From: a virus
Lineage: Duplodnaviria; Caudoviricetes
IMG/VR virus record: IMGVR_UViG_3300029288_000085
Span: 32,001-96,000 of that record
Length of the DNA: 64,000 nt
Direction: 5' to 3' (one strand)
The translations under genes were made by a program, and so were the position numbers. Positions 58,411 through 64,000 of the stretch are shown piece after piece. Below the pieces are notes generated by a model, which saw only the letters and a program-made list of their open reading frames with translations, had not been told where the DNA came from and searched no databases. How positions within the stretch are numbered: position 1 is the stretch's first letter; every line of letters starts with the position of its first letter.

Positions 58411-60925
58411 AAATATCTATAATTACCTCATTCCACTTTGCGGGGTCTAAATTAGCTTTTGCCCAATCTTTAGCATTTTGACCCAATGCTTGTCGAAATT
58501 TTTCTTTTCTTATTAATGTACTGAGATGAACTAAACATTCATCATAATGAGTAAAATAGTATCCTGTATCACCATGAATTATTCTATCTTTTGTACCATC
58601 TCTAGGTTCTGAGAGAATTGGCAATCCGGTAGCTAAAGCTTCTGCAATACAACGAGGATAGTTATCTCTCCACATATTACTTGTTCGATATAAATATATA
58701 TGTCCTTTGCTTAAAAATTCTTCTACTGGGATTTCATCCCATTTAAAGAACTTCATCCGTGGTTCATCCTTAAAGAATTCTGCAAGTTCTTTATGAGCTT
58801 CCATAAACCAAAATTGTGTATTCTTAGTATCTTTGAGAAGTCTCTGATAAAATTTAGTATCTAATTCCTTATCAAGATGTTTCTGCCATATATGTATTTT
58901 GCTTCCATTCTTCACAGATTCATTAGTAGTATATTTTCTATAATCTGGAGTACAATGTTTAAGTACTATGAGAGGTTCATCTTTTTCTCTTGGTTTTGTA
59001 CATACCTCGTAGAATTTATTCATATCTATAGCTCCAAATAATACTATCTTCTTCGTATTATCAAATCCAATAACTTGTCTTTCCCATTCCTGTTTCTTCT
59101 CTTCATTTTGAAATATAACTGCCTTCAACTTATTTGATTTGATAAGCCATTCTGAAATATCAGGATTCTTGAGATGACCAAACATATAATTAATGCCTAT
59201 TATAAGTATAGAACATTTATCAACTAATTTCTTACCAGCTTGTAAAAAATCATTTATATTATCGTTACCATAGAATAGTAACGGGGTATTTTCAATACAT
59301 TCAGATATACATCTTCCACCATCGGGCTTGAAACTATAGTTTGATAGGTGTACATTCTTAGATTTTATATCTTTATAATTTTCATGTACACTATCCCAAG
59401 GAAATAATTGGACATCCCACCCTGCATCACCTAATACATCAGCAATCTTAATCAGACTTTGTTCCCCACCACCATGACTACTGAGACTACCTAACAGATT
59501 TATAGATTTAGTTTTTTCAACAATTTCAAAGCTATTAGAAATTTTAATTGCATCATCAGTATTTACTTTATCGCATGCAACACACGTTGTACAATCATCA
59601 CTATCAGAAGCTATGCAATCTCTTCTGTTCATATATGTATAAATATCTCCTTCATAATATCGTTTTATTGCTCTTATGACATCGTCCGAAGTAATCACAT
59701 CCATACACTCTTGGATAGTTCTACCATCAGAAGAAGTTGTACTTTTACATAAATTCTTATTTTGCTTTGGATCTTTAGGTATAGGTATAATCCTAGATTT
59801 CCAACATCCACCATTATCACAACATGTAAATACTCCATTTGTATGAAGAATCTGATGATTACAGTATTCTGTCCACGCTTTTGACTCTCTACCACCTTCT
59901 ATAACTACACAGGGCTTTCTCCCTTTTTCAGTATACTTAGATGGAATTGCTGCTGCAAGATGCATTAACATACTGATACCGCTAATGCAACCATCAGCAT
60001 GATAGACTAGGGAAACTAGTGGTCTCATATTATCATTGAATTTATCAGTCAAATCAATGATATTATTCAACTTTTCTACTAAATGATCACTTCGTCCTAT
60101 AACTACAAATTTTATCTTTCCTTCAAAATGGTCTATGACTTCTTGGAATCTTCTCCAATCCCAAATCTTTGTAGTGGCATCCCGTTTTCCTCCAGGAGCT
60201 ATTAGCCAATACTTATTATATCCATATACCTTTTGTATAAGATCATGTTTCTTTTCATCTTCACTTAAATGAATATCCCCACGTTGTCTAGCAAATGACT
60301 TTCCAAAGTTCTTATATTGATTTACTAATGAGATGAATGGTTCATGAGAATTAGCATTCTTGTCTGGTTTACCAAGACAAGGATCTCCTACTTCACCATT
60401 TGCAAAAGCACTACAGAATTCTCCTAATGACACAGGAAGACTTTTATGTAAATCAGTGATAGCAATCATATCTAATAGAAATGCCATCGTGAAGTGTACG
60501 TATGTATTATTTGCCGACGCAATTGCTGGATATCCAACATCATAATATTCAACATCTTTGTCTTCTTTTTTCAAAGACCTATCTATATATGGATTATTTT
60601 CCCAAATCCAAGGTTGACTACTATCTACATTTATTCTTATATCTGGAAAGAGAAGTTTGAAATCTCTAACCCCTGCACTAAACATTAAGGCATCTCCTAC
60701 TGCTCGTTTATGTGCAAAGATTATTTTTCTATCATTATTATCTGATTCTGTTAAATTCTGAGCCACTTCTTTTTTGAATATTGTATCATCAGGAGTATGA
60801 AGATGTAGATGACCGTCATCAAACTTCAACCCGATCAATACTTGGCTTAAACTTTTATCACCAATTTCTTTTGTTTTGAGTATATCTTCTGCCTCATCTA
60901 GAAGTCTCTGTTTTATCTTATTCAC
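58397..60925 (-). CDS. Two-domain glycosyltransferase (GT9-like + GT4-like)
   Basis: AVGDALM, WENNPYI, KIWDWRRFQ, MHLAAA; GGGEQS, DNYPRCIAEALATGLP. Confidence 0.85.
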   Translation of the reverse strand: MNKIKQRLLDEAEDILKTKEIGDKSLSQVLIGLKFDDGHLHLHTPDDTIFKKEVAQNLTESDNNDRKIIFAHKRAVGDALMFSAGVRDFKLLFPDIRINVDSSQPWIWENNPYIDRSLKKEDKDVEYYDVGYPAIASANNTYVHFTMAFLLDMIAITDLHKSLPVSLGEFCSAFANGEVGDPCLGKPDKNANSHEPFISLVNQYKNFGKSFARQRGDIHLSEDEKKHDLIQKVYGYNKYWLIAPGGKRDATTKIWDWRRFQEVIDHFEGKIKFVVIGRSDHLVEKLNNIIDLTDKFNDNMRPLVSLVYHADGCISGISMLMHLAAAIPSKYTEKGRKPCVVIEGGRESKAWTEYCNHQILHTNGVFTCCDNGGCWKSRIIPIPKDPKQNKNLCKSTTSSDGRTIQECMDVITSDDVIRAIKRYYEGDIYTYMNRRDCIASDSDDCTTCVACDKVNTDDAIKISNSFEIVEKTKSINLLGSLSSHGGGEQSLIKIADVLGDAGWDVQLFPWDSVHENYKDIKSKNVHLSNYSFKPDGGRCISECIENTPLLFYGNDNINDFLQAGKKLVDKCSILIIGINYMFGHLKNPDISEWLIKSNKLKAVIFQNEEKKQEWERQVIGFDNTKKIVLFGAIDMNKFYEVCTKPREKDEPLIVLKHCTPDYRKYTTNESVKNGSKIHIWQKHLDKELDTKFYQRLLKDTKNTQFWFMEAHKELAEFFKDEPRMKFFKWDEIPVEEFLSKGHIYLYRTSNMWRDNYPRCIAEALATGLPILSEPRDGTKDRIIHGDTGYYFTHYDECLVHLSTLIRKEKFRQALGQNAKDWAKANLDPAKWNEVIIDIYANS

Positions 60926-61482
60926 TTCTTAACCTTATAAAAAAGTTCACGCCAAGTATCTAGAGGTAAATCCATAATCCCATTAACCCCAACCATTTGT
61001 TTACGCAATTCTGCTTTTCTGAATATGTTTTCTTCAGTCAAAACTACAGTCAATGAAATATTAAATTTAGAATAATCTGTAACACCATAAAGTAAATGTT
61101 CTACTTTTGTCTGATTACAAATTTTAGATAGGATAATGTTAAGCCAACCTACATCCATACTTAATACTCTTGAAATTCCACCTGTCAATAAATATAAAGA
61201 TAACTGCGTAGTCAACCTAACAATATCAACACTATCTCTCTCATATCCTAAATTGATAATCTTTTTAATATTTAGTTCTTTACCAATACGGAATAAATCA
61301 TCTGACCTTTGTTCATATACAGCAGATTTACAAATATCATCTCTACAAAAAAATATTGGTCTATCATCATCTTTATTTATAACTACTATATCATAAACAT
61401 CTTTAGGAACAGATAGGATAAGACCAGAACAATGTTTAACCCAATCATAAGAATTATTACTAACTATAAGCGACTTGGACAT
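60922..61482 (-). CDS. Divergent PIG-L/LmbE-like protein
   Basis: CSGLI and QRSDDL...ELNI....LGY pattern, but no HPDD motif. Confidence 0.4.
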   Translation of the reverse strand: MSKSLIVSNNSYDWVKHCSGLILSVPKDVYDIVVINKDDDRPIFFCRDDICKSAVYEQRSDDLFRIGKELNIKKIINLGYERDSVDIVRLTTQLSLYLLTGGISRVLSMDVGWLNIILSKICNQTKVEHLLYGVTDYSKFNISLTVVLTEENIFRKAELRKQMVGVNGIMDLPLDTWRELFYKVKK

Positions 61483-61485
61483 AAT

Positions 61486-62496
61486 TTACCTCAAATAGTT
61501 TTTATTATCTGTATAAATATTGCTTGAAATATCAACTTCTGACCACCAATTAGGGTTTTCTTTGTACCATTTGATAGTTTTCTGAATACTCCCTTTTAAG
61601 TTAGTTATTGGGGCAAAGTCTAACTCCTCTTTTATTTTAGAACTATTTATAGCATATTGTCTATCATTTCCTGGACGATTAAATACTTGTTCTATATAAC
61701 TACTCCATAACTCTATGTTATCCTCACCAGTTAATTCCTTCAGCAGTAGCATCAACATATACTTATTAGTACAACGGATTCCACTACCAACATTATAGAT
61801 TTGTCCTACTATCCCCCCATTGAGAACTTTCATAATCCCATTACAACAATCTTGTACATATATCCATTCTCTTTTCTCATTGCCTTCTCCATGTAAGAAC
61901 ATTTTTTCTCCTCGAAGAAATCTAAGTATATTAAAAGGAACTAATTTCTCTGGATATTGTCTTTCCCCCATATTATTTGAAGGGCGTACAATAATTAATG
62001 GAAGATTATATGTTTTATAATAAGACAACAATAAAAGATCAGCAGCAGCTTTACTAGCAGCATAAGGGCTATTTGGAATCATAGGAAATGATTCATCTGC
62101 TTCACCACTATAACTATCACCATATACCTCATCTGTTGAAATATGAATGAATCTTTCTATCCCAAGTTTAAGTGAACAATATGCTAAATTGAATACACCA
62201 AGTACGTCTGTCTTAACAAAATCCATAGGATTAGTAATAGATCTGTCAACGTGAGTCTGAGCAGCAAAATTAACTACAGTATCAATTTTGTGATATTTCA
62301 TAATATCTATTATAGTTGGATCTTCTATTCCAACATATAAAATCTTCTCAAAGTCTACATTCCTGACATTTTTTATATTACCAGCATAAGTCATTTTATC
62401 TAAGATTACCACATTAAACTTGTAGTTATTATATAACTGCTCAACAAAATGACTGCCCATAAAACCACAAGATCCGGTAACAAGTATATTTTTCAC
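61486..62496 (-). CDS. rmlB: dTDP-glucose 4,6-dehydratase
   Basis: GSCGFMG, DKMTYAGN, FAAQTHVDRSI, STDEVYG, YAASK, RPGNDRQY. Confidence 0.92.
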   Translation of the reverse strand: MKNILVTGSCGFMGSHFVEQLYNNYKFNVVILDKMTYAGNIKNVRNVDFEKILYVGIEDPTIIDIMKYHKIDTVVNFAAQTHVDRSITNPMDFVKTDVLGVFNLAYCSLKLGIERFIHISTDEVYGDSYSGEADESFPMIPNSPYAASKAAADLLLLSYYKTYNLPLIIVRPSNNMGERQYPEKLVPFNILRFLRGEKMFLHGEGNEKREWIYVQDCCNGIMKVLNGGIVGQIYNVGSGIRCTNKYMLMLLLKELTGEDNIELWSSYIEQVFNRPGNDRQYAINSSKIKEELDFAPITNLKGSIQKTIKWYKENPNWWSEVDISSNIYTDNKNYLR

Positions 62497-63339
62497 CTAT
62501 TCAATACTTTCTCCTTCCTTTATAAATTGATGATATAATTCATAAAGTTGTTCTTTGGTAAAAAGACATCTACTACTTTTAATTAAGTTTTTTTCTGCTA
62601 ATATTAATCGTAAGTTTATTGGGGAAGCTATAATTTCGGATGGTATATTATTTTCAAAACCTTTGGCAACTGAATATATGTGATCTAAGACATATCCAGT
62701 ACTACCATTTCTAGATCTTTTTAAATTTTGTGAATTTATTAAATAGTAGTACTTTGAAAAATTTATATTAGATAATTTTCTTACTTCAGTTTGGTATACA
62801 CTTGCTTTTTCTAACTCTTCTTTTGAATATTTTTTTTGATTAAATATTGGACACTCATCCTTACATCTTTGAGAGCAGTAAAATCTTCTATCTCCCCTAC
62901 TTTTACCATTTATAACTGCAATTCTTCCTTGAACACTATACCAACTTGGTGTAAACCATTGTTTACATTTTAGACATTTGACTTGTAGTATATTATGATC
63001 TTCTGGATTTCTACGTGTTTCTTCACAGAAAGAAATTTGTGAAGCATATGTATCATACAACGGTAATTTTTTACTACGTACTCCCCCCTTCCAATTTCTA
63101 TTTTTATTTCCTAAAGAATCAATACTTCTTTTTTTTCTATCTTCTTTAGATATATCTTTTCTAGCACAGGAGTTTGAACAATATAAACCAAACGAATGAC
63201 CAGTTGATAAAAATGGTTCCCCACAAATTTTACAAAAGTCAACATACTTATATCTTTCTGACTTGTTTGATTTAGAATACCAATGCCCACTTTTACAGCT
63301 ATATCTCAAATTTTCTAGATTATCCCAACAAATTTTCAT
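62497..63339 (-). CDS. Zn-finger HNH endonuclease (family copy 3, different nuclease domain)
   Basis: MKICWDNL...YDTYASQISFCEE...LQVKC..C...FYCS; C-terminal LDHIYSV..GF...NLRLI...N. Confidence 0.75.
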   Translation of the reverse strand: MKICWDNLENLRYSCKSGHWYSKSNKSERYKYVDFCKICGEPFLSTGHSFGLYCSNSCARKDISKEDRKKRSIDSLGNKNRNWKGGVRSKKLPLYDTYASQISFCEETRRNPEDHNILQVKCLKCKQWFTPSWYSVQGRIAVINGKSRGDRRFYCSQRCKDECPIFNQKKYSKEELEKASVYQTEVRKLSNINFSKYYYLINSQNLKRSRNGSTGYVLDHIYSVAKGFENNIPSEIIASPINLRLILAEKNLIKSSRCLFTKEQLYELYHQFIKEGESIE

Positions 63340-64000
63340 CTATCTCTCATCCTTATAATTATAAACCTTCAACAGAGAAGAAAGTTTTTCAAATAAGTCA
63401 TTAATAGAAAAATCACACACATTAGTAAAGAACCCATTATATATAGTCTCCCAATTCTTGTATAAATCTATCTGAGAGGTATCCAAACCTCTAGGGTATC
63501 TTTCTTTTTGCCCTTCATGTCTAATTCTTTCCCAAGGTTTTAACATAATATCTTCAAAAGGTAATCCTAAAAACTTACACATTTTGTCAGTTTCTAATTT
63601 TATGTTAGTAATTACATCTTCAACCTTTATAGTTAATATATTTCCTGGAAAATTTTTATATAGTTCACAATATATAAAGGCAGCCCAAAACATATCTTTT
63701 ATGTTACCTTTAAAACTTGCATCATCTGCTCTTTTCCATCCTCTGAAGATTTTACTTGCTGCTTGATCAAATGGATGACGAGTAGTCCAAATAATCTTAC
63801 TATCAGGGTTATTTATAAAAAACCTACATACAACATTAAAATTAGGTATGTAGTTAGTATCACACTTTGTTAAATAGTTATGGATATATAATGTATCTCT
63901 CAAAAATAATTGTTTATCTTCGGGATAAGATGAGGGGATCAAAAAAGATGAACCCGAAATAATTTCAAGTATCAAATTTGTCCCAGAACGTCCATTACTT
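63340..64000 (-). CDS. Sulfotransferase (5'-truncated by the window)
   Basis: The frame continues to the window end as SNGRSGTNLILEI (PAPS-binding RSGT); also RHPFDQAASK and KVED...MCKFLGLPF. Confidence 0.8.
   Translation of the reverse strand, partial: SNGRSGTNLILEIISGSSFLIPSSYPEDKQLFLRDTLYIHNYLTKCDTNYIPNFNVVCRFFINNPDSKIIWTTRHPFDQAASKIFRGWKRADDASFKGNIKDMFWAAFIYCELYKNFPGNILTIKVEDVITNIKLETDKMCKFLGLPFEDIMLKPWERIRHEGQKERYPRGLDTSQIDLYKNWETIYNGFFTNVCDFSINDLFEKLSSLLKVYNYKDER

Noticed and set aside
1-64000. Genome-wide stop-codon reassignment (TAG or TGA)
   Set aside because: Long genes are intact in code 11 and many end properly at TAG or TGA; only one internal TGA was noticed.
56346-64000. Bacterial LPS/EPS locus, implying a prophage boundary
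   Set aside because: The genes are tightly coupled to phage neck genes, contain the phage's own HNH family, and show no flippase, polymerase or integrase; more flanking sequence is needed for full exclusion.

Overview
A 64-kb AT-rich segment of a large tailed phage with a siphovirus-type, long non-contractile tail. It has two convergent arms that meet at a palindromic hairpin near 26.8 kb. The + arm (1-26795) carries replication, recombination and nucleotide-metabolism genes: clamp-loader AAA+, RecA, SbcD/SbcC, vWA protein, dCMP deaminase, RNA ligase, resolvase, MazG-like protein, 5'-nucleotidase, class II RNR, thymidylate synthase, ClpP-like, DHH and exonuclease. It also carries small exported FN3/Ig proteins and an atypical tRNA-Gly. 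The - arm (26817-64000) carries lysis, tail and neck genes, plus a glycan-biosynthesis cluster (several glycosyltransferases, RmlB, a methyltransferase, a sulfotransferase) next to a 736-aa protein with a ~500-residue serine-repeat stalk. The best candidate for a new system is a phage-encoded, SRRP/mucin-like glycosylated neck fibre with its own glycosylation and sulfation machinery. Other notable items are a small neck-region gene with an in-frame TGA (possible selenocysteine), a three-copy Zn-finger HNH family with a swapped nuclease domain and a relic fourth copy, and a -1 frameshift in the tail chaperone. All calls come from motif recognition by eye; no database searches were run.
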